Positions 23,251 through 36,917 of a stretch of DNA of 64,000 nucleotides are shown here, one piece after another. The first letter of the stretch is position 1, and every line of letters starts with the position of its first letter. Source of the stretch: Mobula hypostoma (lineage: Eukaryota). Made by a program: the position numbers and the translations under genes. The DNA is taken from positions 165,604,001-165,668,000 of the forward strand of contig NC_086097.1 of the NCBI RefSeq assembly GCF_963921235.1, in the 5' to 3' direction. The notes under the pieces are model-generated. The model was not told the DNA's origin. It saw nothing but the letters and a program-made list of their open reading frames with translations, and ran no database searches.

Positions 23251-26200
23251 ATTTTATAATTAAAATCATAGGACTTCCTTTAATATCAGCAACAGCTCAA
23301 GATATTCAATGACTAAACATTGGGAAAAATTAATTCAAAGAATAAGCAATGTGTCAAAAATGGTATTTTAGAAAACATGTTCAGTATAGATGGTAATGTT
23401 TTAACTAACTACACAAGTGATCAGTTAAACCTTCTGGTTCCTGGCTGAGTAACCAAGTCGGCAACAAACTACTGTACCTTTCCACATTAGAAACCTCTTG
23501 GATGAAGTCGACTCTATCATTGGCAGAAAAAAAACCTTCAATCTGATGGGAACATCTGTGATGTACAGCCAATAAGTGATGCAATTAGGACAGGCCCACT
23601 CACACATAAAGATGTCAGCTGTCAAAACTTTGAATCATTTTGAATGCTTCCTGTATTCAAAGCAGTAAAAAAAACAGATGGGTTCACTCGCCCCATCACT
23701 GAACTGTTCCCACAGCCTATAGATTCATTTTCAAAGTCTCTTCATTTCATGTTCTTGACATTTATTTCTTCTATGGATTTTTCCCCCTTTTGTTTTTGTA
23801 CAATTTTTTGTCTTTTGCACATTGATGGTTTGTCTGTCCTGTTGGGGCAGTCTTTCATTAATTCTATTGGGTTTCTTGTATTTATAGTGTATGCCCACAA
23901 GAAAATGAATCCCAGGGCTGTATATGGTGACATATATGTACTTTGATAATAAATGTTATTTTGAACTATGATTACATTACTGAAATTTCATTAACTTTAA
24001 AAACACAATTGCCTTTTAAAAAAAAGTTGGAGAAACCACACAAACATTACTAATACTTACTTCAGTCCCTTACAGCTGTTCCTCTGTATTGAAATTAATA
24101 AATGTACGTATCACTGGTCAATTGCTGGAAATTCCTACGACTTCTTTAGACCTCATACAATACAAAGCCAGAGCTGAATCTGAGATTCAGCAATGACTTG
24201 CTGTCAGGAGGATCAAGACCTCACACACACACACGGAAATCCTGAACTTGTTAGACGGAAATGCCAGCAGTTCCAAATGGAATTGACTGCATTTTACTGA
24301 AAAAGGCAATAGCTTAGATTGATAAAAATCCATCACAGCACTAAGATGTCATAACCAATTAGAATCTAAAGTTAGTAGCACAACATTACCACTGGCAACG
24401 GTTCTGCTATCTCAAACGGACATAAAGCACCTCATGGCACCATTTCTAGGAATGTTCTCCTCAGTAATCTAGTTAATATTAATATATTAACTCCCTAAAT
24501 ATTACCCATTTTCTCATCATGAGGTCATAAAAATGAAATCCATGCTTTTTGTAATTTATGCAAGCCTGTTCACAAGTCTTATTTCATTTTGTACTGCCTT
24601 ATTGGCCAATTTAAAATCACATTTTTTAAATGCACTTTCAGCTTTTGCCTTCTTTTCTGGAAGCATCTCAGGATCAAGGACACTTTACTTCTACCCTGAT
24701 TTTATTCGTTCTGAAGTAATTGAGGAGGCCAATTCGAGCAGGAGCTGCCCAACAAGGTGAACATGTAGATGATTACAAAGAACTTTACTCCTTTGCCTCT
24801 TTATACCTGCCTCTTAAGTGCTCCTAATGCCTGGATTGACTACAGTTCCACCTTCAATACTATAGTTCCAAGCAAACCCATCTCCAAATTCCCAAACCTG
24901 GGACAGAAAACCTTCCGTTGCAACTGGATCCTTGACTTCCAGACCAAAAGACTGCAATCAGTTAGGATGGGCAGCAAAACCTCCCCACGATTTAAAAACT
25001 TTATATGTTAATGAATATGGCAGACAGCTTTTATAGAACTTCCACTAAACTAATCTTTCACAAAACCCAAACCCAATTTGCAGGACTACTAGAATTCTGT
25101 ATAATCAAAATTAATTGAAAAGCTCATGTGAAGTGTATAGTTGTTTCCCTTCTGTGAAGAAAAGCTAACTTTACTTATCAGAAGTTATGCACTTGTTCAT
25201 GCGGGTCAAATCCATTTTTATTGCACAAAACCTCTCATTTCACAGTTCTTGCATCAATAAATAAAACATTAAATTCTTCCCTCATTTTCATCACTTCTGC
25301 ACTAAACCTGCCATAACTGCACAACACATGACACAATCATGAACACATTTTCATTTCCTTCCCCAAAACTTAAGAGTTTATTTTGTAACAAATCACATAG
25401 CTGCATTTGAAAAACACACAAGCAAAACAAATTCAGTTGTTGCTGGAAATCCAAGCAACACACACAAAGTGCTGAAGGAACAAGGGTTTGCATTGATTAT
25501 TCACTGTATTTGGCCTGCTGCGTACTCCAGCATTTTGGAAAATACACTGTGGAATCTGCACCTAATCTTGCTATAATATTCATATGACTGCATTGATACT
25601 TTAATTAAACACTACGTTGCAATTTGGTAGCACATAGAAAGGCCACATACATTTGCCCACAAGCCGCCAGTGTTGGATACCTCTATAATTTGTGTCACGG
25701 ACAGGGAAAAAACGAAAATCTAACTGGATTTTTCTCAAGCTCCAAAAGATTATTAGCATAAAATCAAGATACAGTTCTAATATCTAATCAAATTAATGAA
25801 TAGCTTTAGTCTCAGAAATTTGTGTCTCTATGCAAGTGCTGCAGAGTCTAGAATAGTAGGAAATGCTGCACCTTTCTAGTATGTTTCAGTACACTGAACT
25901 CCACCTCCTGTACATTGAAAGTTGCTGTGCATGCCTTTCCAGCTCTCACTTAGATTTTTATATCATTTTATCATTGCAACTGAGACAAAGGCACACCTAC
26001 AAATGACATAGCTACCGTAAACAAGAAAGTTGATATGAATATCCGAAACAGGACTTCAAGTGAAGCAAAATAAAGTGTACTCACAGTTATGGCACACCAC
26101 AAAGTGCAAGGGTTTGCAATGATTATTCACTGTATTTTTGCTGAAAGGGTGTTGGGCATTTTGTTTTAGGCATTTACCCATTGTAACATTGAAGAGTTTG

Positions 26201-27509
26201 CTAACCAACCAATGCAGAGATCATGCAAATAGAGTTCTTCCTCAAGTTAAATGCACACCAGACACATAGACCCAAAGCCAGAAGTCAGGTGCAGATTGCC
26301 AAGAGCAAAGGAACAAAAACCTTCTTTCACATACTCTCAGCTAGGTCTAGGTGCCTTCAGCTACTGTTGAACTGATTAAAGCTTGAAACTGAACAATACA
26401 ACTTTCCATAAACTTAACTATTCAATCATTTCCCTCTCCATAAAGTTTTGGAATACCAAATTATCAATGGTTGTGAGTTAAAAAAAAATACAGCCTCAAT
26501 GCTAGCTACCAATTCACAATGTTGATCACATGCATTATTTCCGAAGAACCGAAAAAAAATTCAGTCTGCATTCAGAAGCTTTTAAGTGTTGCTAATAAAC
26601 TAGCAGCTGCTCTAAACTAGTTTTTAAATGCAATCATTAAATAGTTGTGTTAAGTCAATTTACGATTGATGCTTGCCATGATGTAATGAGAAATTTGTCA
26701 AAACATAGTCTAAGTAGCAAGTCACAATTAACACTGCTCCCCTCCCAAATGCTGTTAATTCATGTAAACTTCATTGGGAATGAGAACCAGCACTGAGAAA
26801 TTTAGGTTTATTGAATAAAACAATATCAGGGGATGAACTGCTATTTCACTCAATATTCACTCATACACAATTCTCAGCCGGGATCTGCAAACTAAAGTTG
26901 ACAACTGCTCTTCCCTAAAGTTCAAAGGGCTTCACAGCTACAGAAGTTAAGATCAGTTAATGTAGCACAGACCAAAACTTGAACCTGATGAAGAGATTGC
27001 AGATACTGGAATCTAGAACAAAAAAACGTAACTGCTGGAGGAACTGAGCAAGCTGAGCAGCATCTTAAGGGGGTGGGTGGAGGAACTGCTTCAGCTAAAG
27101 AATCTATATCAAAACTTAAACATGCCTGCTTACAACTCAGTGCTACCCCAATTAGATACTCACATAATAAATGCTTAATGCAAAGTAAAAAGTATGCTAT
27201 TAGATCATGACTAATTTCAGTGTTACTTGTGAAAATATACTTGAAAAGTTTAAAATGCAAATAGTGCTGTATTGTAAGAATTTATCTTAATCAATCATAA
27301 AATGTCCAAGTAATATTGTCATGTTCCACTAACAAAAAGGATGATTTTCTTGCCCGTATGGATTTTAAAATTGACTCCACCTAGCCACCCAATACAGGTC
27401 AGCAATTTGGGCTATAAAATTGATTACTGAAACATTATTTTTCTGGAAGGTAAAATAGAAGATAAATATTTCAGATTTGTCTGTATAAATGCACTTCTTC
27501 ACATCATAC

Positions 27510-27645
27510 CTGTTAAATGTGTTCTCACTAGCAATGTACTTATCCAGTCGACCCAACGGTGTTAACATCTCGTCTTGAGACACAAAATCCAAGGCTGAAG
27601 GTATAATAAGGACATCAGACTCTGAGCTGTAGTCATCCACACCAA
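27510..27645 (-). CDS. PPP4R1: PPP4R1 coding exon 3 (FGVDDYSSESDVLIIPSALDFVSQDEMLTPLGRLDKYIASENTFNR)
   Basis: gccag|TTGGT...AACAG|gtatg; 136 nt; lies within ORF 27365..27682. Confidence 0.96.
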
Positions 27646-27859
27646 CTGGCAGAGACATCAGAAATGTTATTTGCAATTGCAACCTGTTTAATCTGTAAAT
27701 CTGAATGATTCCTTACATACAGTGCTGGTATATTGGAAAATCCACATAAACTCAAACCACCGGCCTGATCACAGTTGATATTAAAAACTCAAGAAGCTAT
27801 AGGCTGTAAAGCATTGCTTGCTTCTACCACTATAATACTTTGATAAATTCACTGACAAT

Positions 27860-28445
27860 TACAAACACAAGACACTGCAAATGCTGGTATATGGAATGAA
27901 AAGCAAACTACTGGAGAAGGTCAGCATGTTGAGTAACACCTATAGGTGGTTTCAGAACAAATAGCTGACATTCCCGGTTAAGACCCTGCATCAGGACTGA
28001 AAGTGAAGAGGGGAGATGTCCGATATAAAGCAAGGGAAAGGAGTGAGACAGGGACCAGTAACACAGAAAACACGGGAATCTCTCTCCTTTAATGGCTCCT
28101 AAAATCATCTTCCTTATTGGCTTCCAGCAATTGTAGCCTTTTTATCCCTATTCATTATCCTCCATCTCCACCTTCACCCTCCACTACCCACACCACCCCC
28201 AACGTGGCTCCATCAGATCCCTTCCCCCCGCCCTTGTCTGCCCATCACTCTCCTGCCTCTGTCTCCCAACTCCACTCATTTCCCTCCCTTACTTGGCTGC
28301 TTCTAATATCATCATCCCTCATACCATCTCAAATCCATCTCTTACCTTCAGGCCCAACTTGCCTCTCCTAACAGCAACACAACTCCTTTTTCCCCATTAG
28401 ATGCTGCTTGACTGGCTGAGTTCTTCCAATAGATTGTTTACTGCT
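27860..28445. mobile_element. Old inverted PLE terminal-repeat insertion
   Basis: Left arm actgcaaatgctgg...ccctgcatcaggactga is inverted relative to right arm ...gatgctgcttgactggctgagttcttcca. Confidence 0.6.
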
Positions 28446-29744
28446 CACTGAAATATATCTTCAATGATTTCACAAAGCCAACTGTATAACCACATTAATG
28501 AGACCTTCTTCTAGGCTTTCAACTACACAAAACATAGCTTATATGATTAAGTGAAGCTACTATGCAGCTGAATTACTGGTCTCAAAATTACTGGAAAGGA
28601 GGAAGAGAACAGTCGTCCCTTCGTCAATTTTGACAAGGTTTCCTGACAAACAATAGTTCCATTGTAGCTTTGATAACATCAGAATCAGGCAGCTGATTTA
28701 GAAGGGAGTGTTCTTCCTCCACATCTGCTACACGCTTAACCGAAGCCTCAGTAAGTTAAATCCTGAGACCTCAAATGATTTAAGAAGAAAAATACAACGT
28801 AATCCTTTCTCTTGAAGATTCAGCATTCAAGTAGCCTTTCCAAAGAGATGCTGAATTAACCTGGAATAAATAATCAAATTTTAAGTTCTTTCCTGATTAT
28901 TATTTGATAATAGCAGTAAATGGGTGGTTGCCCAGTTGAGACAAAATTTCCTCTTGGTTAAACAATTTGCCAGAATTAATAATACACAACCTTGAATGGT
29001 CTTAGAGAACATCCAATATCCGAGAAACGGGCATGAAATTCTTGACTGAGCCAAGATACAAAGGGAGTCGATTTTCGGTTTAAAGAGATACGCAAAGAAG
29101 CTACAACTTCTGCCTTATTTAAATCTGCCGTTGACTGACATGTTCCAGGGTGTAGAAATACATGCTGAGGCTCACACTGAAGCTTGGTGCACCCAACACA
29201 AAAGCTGTGGTGAAGGATCACAGTGTAGGCTCCTTCCGATACTACACATAGAGGCTAAATCAAATATAGAAGCCCCGAAACATAGAAATGGCGCATCACC
29301 CCTGGGGGCCACAATTAGCAATAGTGCTATGGTTTGGGAAAAAATCAAGTTACACTGAACGCTTTGAATATAAATAATATATTATGTTTATTCTTGTATC
29401 CTTTTTATTATGAATCAAATTTATTTTTGAAATTAAAAAATAAATCCTTAAGAAACTTAATTTAGATTGCTAAAAATTTTCCAAACTAACTCAATATTAA
29501 GACACAGAATAGATAATCAAGTTAAAGTGGAAGACCAAACCAGAGTTCTGATGAGGAAACTGGTAGGAACGTGCCAAGCAATTTAGTACAATAAATTATC
29601 CCATTACAAACTTCTACATGTACTCCACATCTTTAACACAGTACAAATATCTCCCTGAAAGCTACACTGATAAATAAAAAGTGAACTCATATGAACATTG
29701 GTAGTGCATAGAGTTCTAATTATTCCACACCCACAATCATTTAT

Positions 29745-29877
29745 TACTCTGTCCTGGATGGTCCCAAGCCTGGATGTGAAAGGAGGAAGATTGGGAATGG
29801 GGCTAGCAACCCCTACAGGCCCAGGACAGAGGACTCTGTTGATGGCCTAAGTCCCAGTAGAGGTGATGGGATTAAGA
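29745..29877 (+). mobile_element. 133-bp bipartite RTE-like non-autonomous retroelement
   Basis: 12-bp TSD ACAATCATTTAT (29733-29744 / 29878-29889). The 5' ggtcccaagcctggat..ggggctagcaaccc and 3' gatggcctaagtcccag..gatgggattaag resemble RTE ends. Confidence 0.6.
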
Positions 29878-30004
29878 ACAATCATTTATATCCTCGAGCC
29901 AGTCAGTTGTTAAAGTGGTTTGCATGCATGACTAATTCTGTTGAGCAATAAGCACAGGACCAGACTCAATATTGACGTAGAGGGATTATAATCAGTACCA
30001 GATG

Positions 30005-31555
30005 GATATATGGACCCTGTACAGATTACAGAGGAGGTGGTGTTTGCTATCCTGAGGCAACTCAGTGTGGATAAATCCCCAGGGCCTGACAAGGTGCTCC
30101 CTTGGAACCTTCAAGAGGTGTGCAGAAATTGTGGGGCCCTAGCAGATATTGATATCATGCTCAGCGACATGAGAGGTACCAGAGGATTGGAGAATTGCCA
30201 ATGTTGTTCCACTGTTATAAAGAAGTTGTAAACATAAACCAGGAAATTATAGGCTGGTGTGTCTGACATCAGTTGTAAGAAAGTTATTGGAATGTATTCT
30301 AAGGGACTGGATATACAAGTAGTTGGATAGACATGGACTAATTAAAGATAGCCGGCATGGTTCAGTGGGTGGTAGGTTGTGCCTAATCAATCTCATAGAG
30401 TTCTTCAAGGAAGTTACCAGTAAAGTGGATGTTATCTAAATGGACTTTAGCAAGGCATTTGACAAGGTCCAGCATGGGAGGTTGGTCAGGAGGTTCAGTC
30501 ACTTGGCATTCAAGATGAGGTGATAATTAGATTAGACATTGCTTTGTGGGAGAAGCCAGAGGGTGGTAGTTGAAGGTTGCCTCTCTGACTGGAAGTGGTG
30601 TGCCACAGGGATCAGTGCTAGGTCCTTTGTTGTTTGTCATCTATATCAATGATCTAGATGATAATGTGATTAACTGGATCAGCAAATTTGCAGATGGCAG
30701 CAACATTGGGGGTGTAGTGGACAGGGAGGAAGGCTATTCTGGCTTGCAGAGGAATCATCAGTTGGAAAAATGGGCTGAAAAATAGCAGATCGAATTTAAT
30801 GCAGACAAGTGCAAGGTTTTGCACTTCAGTAGGACCAACCAGGGTAGGTCTTACACAGTGAACGGTAAGGCACCGAGGAGTATGATAGAATAAAGGAATT
30901 TGGGAATACAGGTCCATAATTCATTGAAAGTGGCAGCACATGTAGATAGGGTCGTTAAGAAAGCTCTTGGCACATTGGCATTCATAGATCAATGTAATGA
31001 GTACAGGAGACTGGATGTTATGTTGAATTGTACAAGACTCTGGTGAGGCCCAATTTGGAGCACTGCATGCAGCTTTGGTCACCTACCTACAGGAAAGATG
31101 AAAACAAGGTTGAAAGCATATAGAGAAAATTTACGAAGATGTTACCGGTTCTGGAGGACCTGAGTTACAGGGAAGGCTGAATTGGTTAAGACCGTATTCC
31201 TTAGAATGTAGAAGATTGCGAGATTTGATAGAGGTATATAAAATTATCAGCAGTATAGATAGGATAAATGCAAGCAGGCTTTTTCCACTAAGGTTGGGTG
31301 GGACTACAACCCGAGGTCATGGTTTAAGGGGAACACGAGGGGAAACACTTCACCCAGAGGGTCACAAGAGTGTGGACTGAGGTGCATGCAAGCTCAACAT
31401 CAACTTTTAAGGGAAGTTTAGATATGTACATGGATGGTAACGGTATGGAAGACGATGGTCCCAGTGCAGGTCAAAGGGGGTAGGCAGTCCAAATGGTTTT
31501 GGCATGGACTAGATGGGCCAAAGAGCTGCTTCTGCAGTGTACTCCTCTATGACTA
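30005..31555 (+). mobile_element. 5'-truncated degraded CR1 LINE (RT to 3' end)
   Basis: Peptides DKSPGPD and SGVPQGSVLGPLLFVIYINDLD..SKFAD; 3' end ctctatgact. Confidence 0.9.
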
Positions 31556-34500
31556 ACTCTACGTCATAGAATTAATTTGCTGTTCTCTATTGGCTCAAAC
31601 ATGGAGTAAATGCCCATGAAAAGAGGCAAATCAGCACTAGAGTTCTGATGCCTTCTATTAGACCTGTGTCATGGAATGTATAGAGCCTACAGGAAGGATA
31701 ACAACAAAGGACACAGGTGCTGCAAATTCATAAATAAACTTCATTAATAAATCAAGCTTCATTATTATAATAGCTAGCCTTTTCACTTTTGGATGGTGCC
31801 AACAATTTAAAATGCTATCTCAAACATTTTCCCTCTCGTTTCCCATACCCCTTCACCCTTACTGCAACAGCGGCAACATCTAATAAAGTTGGAAGATTTG
31901 TTCAGATGGTTTCCTTTCTTGGACTCCAATTTGACCCACTATCAATGACCATGCTGTTATTCAATGTTTAAAGGTATTACATCTGCTGCATGCTAGCAAT
32001 ATTTTCAAATACACTTTCCAAGTATAACTGCTACTACACTCTTCCCTATCCTTCTTCAGAAGATGCATTAATTTGTAACTTACCGGATGTCTACATGTTC
32101 TGTTTCATTTCTACATTTAAAACAATGAATCAGAATATGAAGACTATTTAGTTCTCACTGCCATCACTAAAAGCAATACTAAGATCAACCTTGGTTTTAT
32201 TGGACACTCATTTCCAGGGCCCATTTCCTTACATCTACAAGTCTCTTTAACTCATACTTCGTTGTTACTTACTCTGGTAAATTCTCTCGTTAGTTTTATA
32301 CCATTTGTTCACATCAGATTCGACTAACAACATTAGATTGAATATTAACAAAGTCGAATCCAATCTACAATGAACAAAGGTATTATTAATATAACATTCA
32401 GTGCATGGGTTTACTTTTATTTCACATTAGCTGAAATTTGCTTTTATCACCATTGATCTGTGAAATTGTAACAAATAAAATATAGCTAAAAGTCAAATAG
32501 GGAAGTTTAGATAAGTGGGAGAAATGGATCCTTTACATACTTTAGCAAAATTTAAAAGACATTTTATGAATAACATGCTATCATGCCACTACATTGCAGT
32601 TACTAGCCACATTACAGAAGATATTTCAAACTACTTTACTAGGACTGTGGGTGGCTTACAATGTTAATTGCAATTCTAAAATGGTAATAGGAAATGCATG
32701 AATTGGCAACTGTGATGAAAGCCTTTCAAATATTCGAATCCAGATTACCCATGTCATTATTAATAAACAAGAACAAGGTTGGAGGAAATATACAATTGAG
32801 AGATAACAGCCTTCATAACTGACACTTACTGACAATGCAGCAAAGAAACTTTGCTTATGCTGATCTGCACATTAGCCCATCCTCCCATGTCAAAAACTGC
32901 AAACAGGATCTTTCAAGTACTTGTGCAAAAAAAACCCTGTTTTGATGTAGATCTAAAAACTCAAAAATTGCATGCTATAAAACACCAAAAACTAGGTTTA
33001 CAGAATTACGTCCTGAAAATATTCTGCAAAACACTAAGATGAGCTATCTTCTCTCATCTACCATAAAAGGTAAGGTATTGCTAACAATTGAACCATTGAA
33101 TCCCAATTTGCAGCCAACTTCTTTGAACACACTAGCCCCCATATATTTCAAATGGGTACAGAAACCAAAATTAAAAATCCATCTTGTAGAAAATTCTTCA
33201 AAATAGACAGGTGAACTATTTTAGGATTCTGCCAATGCCACTTGAAGGTGTGTTGTGCACAACAAGATCAAGTTAGCTACATGAAATTATCCACCTTTTA
33301 CCAAAGGCACCTCAATTTACAGTGCATCTCCCGAATATTTAGATGATATCAGGAAATCAAAGAAAAATCAGATGCAAATCTGAAGTCCACTAGGTCACAA
33401 GCTCTCACAGTGATGATTCATTATTTAACACTTCTACAATATGTACTATATTTTAAACATTTAACAAGCTATTAAAAGGTGCTGAAAATATGACCATAAT
33501 ATACAGTAACACATCTGAGCTTGTGGATCACATCAAAAATGTCACCATGTATTGCATACAAAACACAGTCATCTACCATCTTCCATGCAACAACCAGGTT
33601 AGTAACAAAATATTAGATAGACCTTCCTTTGGTCCAAAAACTGCTTGGTTCCTTATATTCTCACAATGAACAGCTCCTCTACACATTGGATATACATGCA
33701 GGAAAGACTTGTGCACATGCTACAACGACCACTGCTGATGCATCGATCACCACACTAATGGAATTCACTAAAAAAGTAAATACCACCCATTGTCATAAAC
33801 CTGCTATGCAAATAAATACTATCAAAAATGAACACACACGAAACAGAAGATCTACAACTATACACAAAGTCCTCATTATCTGCAGTTCTGTGCACTGGCG
33901 ACTTAACAATGTAATGCTGGCTGCCTTGGTAAATACAGCAGAATCCTCTTTCCAGGGCCCAGTGACTCCTACTGAGCTAAAATGCCTTTGATGCTTTCTG
34001 CTGACAGGTAAGGAAATATCAACAATGTGCGCCCAGAATTGGGAACAACAGGGCTCAGGAATGTGAACAAGTTTGTAGTCAGAGCCAGGCATTGGAATGT
34101 GCAGTTCGAAGCCAAGGTATTGATTAGGAACATGGGGAGATTTAGGGCTAGATCTGAGTCAATAGTATGCATTAAGTGCAAAGTCAGAGCTAGGGTTGGG
34201 ACTTGGGTTGCATTGTAAAGCTAAACATACAAGCTGAAATTATTCATGGAGGGGTTGGCTGCTTTATACACTGGAATTGCTTCATTATTCTCACGTACCA
34301 AGATACAGTGAAAAGCATATCTCACAAATTGTTCATATAGATCCAATCATGACACAGTTCATTGAGCTAAAACAATAACAGACTGCAGAATAAAGTCCAA
34401 CAACTACAGAGAAAATGCAGTGCAGGTACAAGTTCAAGATATAACGAAGTAGATTGCGAGGTCAAGAGTCCATCTATTGTACGAGGGAACAGTGGGGCTG

Positions 34501-36093
34501 AAGCTGTCCATGAGCCTGGTGGGAGGTGCTTTCAGCCTTGTGCATCTTCTGCTATTTACAAGAGGGGAGATGAGAGCATGTCTGGGGTAGGCGGCGTATT
34601 TGATCATGCTGCCTGCTTTACTGAGACAGTAAGTATAGACAGATTGCAGCCATAGCGTCAATATCACTGGCCTTGGTGCGGTGCAAGTGCATTTTTTTTT
34701 AATCCATAGGAAGTCCTATCTTTTGCAAATAGTGAGGTCTTGGTGTATATTTTAGAAAATCTGCCTGTTGAAACATGAAGGACAAAAATCAATGATCACT
34801 AAAACGTGCAAAATAGGAAAGGAACACATGTGATTAATGCAGAGATTTCATGACCAACTGCACTATTTTCCAGCTCAATTTAAACATGAAAATATTCCAT
34901 AATAAATCATGAAAACCCTACTTTTTTAATATTCACTGGACTAAACTCCTGCTACCACTTGACAGCTTATGACTGAATTCAAAAACAAATAAAAGGGTGG
35001 TTTTAATTTCCTAAATTGCTTCTAGAAAACTTGTTGGAATTTTAATCATGTTGACAATATTTCCAGGTCTTTATTTTAATAAATCAGACTATCAACAGAA
35101 AACTACTGCAACATTTGGGCTAAAGAAGGAAAATTAATTCTGACTGGTTACCTACTGGAAACAGGCAACAGCAAAAGAGGATAGGATCAGGCCTTGGCTA
35201 TGATGCAGTTGAAAAGCCTGCTACCACTCACCATCCAAGTCACACATGAAAAATGGGCACTTGGACTAAATACTGGAGCGCACCCGTAGGTACAAAACGG
35301 CAACCCAGCATGGAGTCAAACAGCACCTTAAAAATAAGCGGAGGGAGGAAAAAAAATCAACTGGACGCCAGTGGTCTGACAAGTACTTTGACACTTTCAT
35401 TGCGCAACTCAACGCACTTAATCCTGGGCAAACCCTGTGAAACAACAGTACTCCAAACATTTTTAACTGAGACACAAAGTGACAGCAGACGGTTCAACTA
35501 ACACATTTCCGATTTCAAACCCTCGCATTCTTAAAATACTTCTAATGATTTTTACATTAAAATACTAATTATAAAAAACTATTTATACCAATTCCTTCCT
35601 TAAAATTTATTTTTAAAAGACAATTCATTAGCGGCTGAAATTCTGCTTCAGCTCCGACTAACCCCCCCCCCCCACCTTCTTGCAACTACATTCCCTCGAA
35701 AACAATAAAACCAAACACTGGAAACATCTTAACTGTCTCCGGCCTCTCTCCGGCTCCGGTGAATCTTGTATCTCATGCATCTAGTCGGGTGTTTTTCGAA
35801 GGGGCATTTAGGGTTTACTCCCCCCCCCACCCCCCGTTCTGGCACTGCTGCCAACTCCGTGAGGGCGAACTCACCGAAAACGGAGCGGAGGGAAAAGCCT
35901 GAGGGGACGGGAACAGTCGCCCGGGGATCGGCCCTGAACCCAGACCCTGGATACTGACCCCTGGGCCCGGGATCCAAGGAAAGGAGGCCAAAACCCGGGC
36001 CTGGAGCAAGACCCTAAGCTTCCCTTCCTACCTCCCCCTATCCCAATTCCTCCGGACCCCGCCCCTGAGGACCCGGGCCCAGACCCCACTCAC

Positions 36094-36138
36094 ATCCGTC
36101 CAGTTCTTCCTGCAGCTCCTCCTGCACCAGCGACAAAT
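36094..36138 (-). CDS. PPP4R1: PPP4R1 coding exon 2 (DLSLVQEELQEELDG)
   Basis: ttgcag|ATTTGTCG...GACGGAT|gtgagt; 45 nt; resembles human DLSLLQEDLQEDADG. Confidence 0.93.
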
Positions 36139-36399
36139 CTGCAACAAATCAGGCGGGGGAGAGAAAGATGATTTCAAACATCGAGCCCGGAAAAATGGAA
36201 ATGTAGAGAGAGAGAAAAAACTCCTCAAAATTTAACAACCAAGTTTTTCCTTGTAAAACGTTTTTAAACTAAAAAAATAAAATCTCAATACACACTTGTC
36301 GAAATTAAACATTAAATGCATGCAAACTGAATTTGTTCAGATGACGATTTTTTCCAGTATATTAATTAAATAAATAAATAGGAGCCAGCTCTCCCCTAC

Positions 36400-36406
36400 C
36401 CGCCAT
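36400..36406 (-). CDS. PPP4R1: PPP4R1 coding exon 1 (ATG GCG G)
   Basis: Minus strand reads caagATGGCGG|gtaggg. The 7-nt first coding exon joins exon 2 to give MADLSL, the PPP4R1 N-terminus, and lies in a CpG-rich region. Confidence 0.88.
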
Positions 36407-36815
36407 CTTGCCCCCCTGGTCCTACATTTAAAACGCTCCGCACGCCCTGGTTGTATACATGAACGTGTGTGTCTCTACGAGACTAGCCGGACAACGCACA
36501 TTGCACCCGAGAAAAGGGCCCGCTGTCCCAGGGACTGAAGCACCAGAGCCGAGCAGAAAGGTGTATGAGCATTAGATTTGATATTTCCTTTTTATAAATA
36601 TATATGAAGCCTTTTAACATGAATAACTTTAATGAACATCTAATGATAACAGTGTAGTTCTTTTATAGACCAATAAGAGTCGTAATATCTCATGGAATAA
36701 TAGAAAACACAGGAACTGCTTAGCAGAATTCAGATTTCCAACACCCATTGTAATTCGCGCTAACATTTATGGGAATCAATCAGTGAAATTAGAGGAATCC
36801 TAATATGATTGAAAC

Positions 36816-36917
36816 CAGTCCTGATGAAGGGTCTCAGCCCAAAGCATTGACTGTTTATTCATTGCCATAGATGCTGCCTGATCTACTGAGTTCCTCCAGC
36901 ATTTTGTGTGTGTTTGC
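36816..36917 (+). mobile_element. 102-bp PLE repeat fragment beginning at the hammerhead motif, ~400 bp upstream of the PPP4R1 ATG
   Basis: 12-bp TSD TATGATTGAAAC (36804-36815 / 36918-36929); the insert begins cagtcCTGATGAagggtctc. Confidence 0.8.

Larger units (their letters stand above)
35740..36560 (-). promoter_or_regulatory. CpG-rich promoter/first-intron region of PPP4R1, with a YY1-type motif (AAGATGGCGG) overlapping the start codon
   Basis: Local GC and CpG enrichment against an AT-rich, CpG-depleted background around exons 1-2. Confidence 0.7.

Noticed and set aside
32078..32120. Possible 27-nt microexon in intron 2 (tgtag|AAATG...ATCCG|gtaagt)
   Set aside because: The donor is strong but the polypyrimidine tract is weak and the frame has an immediate stop. 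There is no other support.
33629..34218. Cluster of 63-120-aa ORFs and a + strand donor (gacag|gtaagg) suggesting an antisense gene
   Set aside because: No recognisable domain or coherent exon chain.
35729..36228. Several overlapping GC-rich ORFs near the promoter
   Set aside because: These are expected chance ORFs in CpG-rich DNA. Only the 45-nt exon 2 has homology support.
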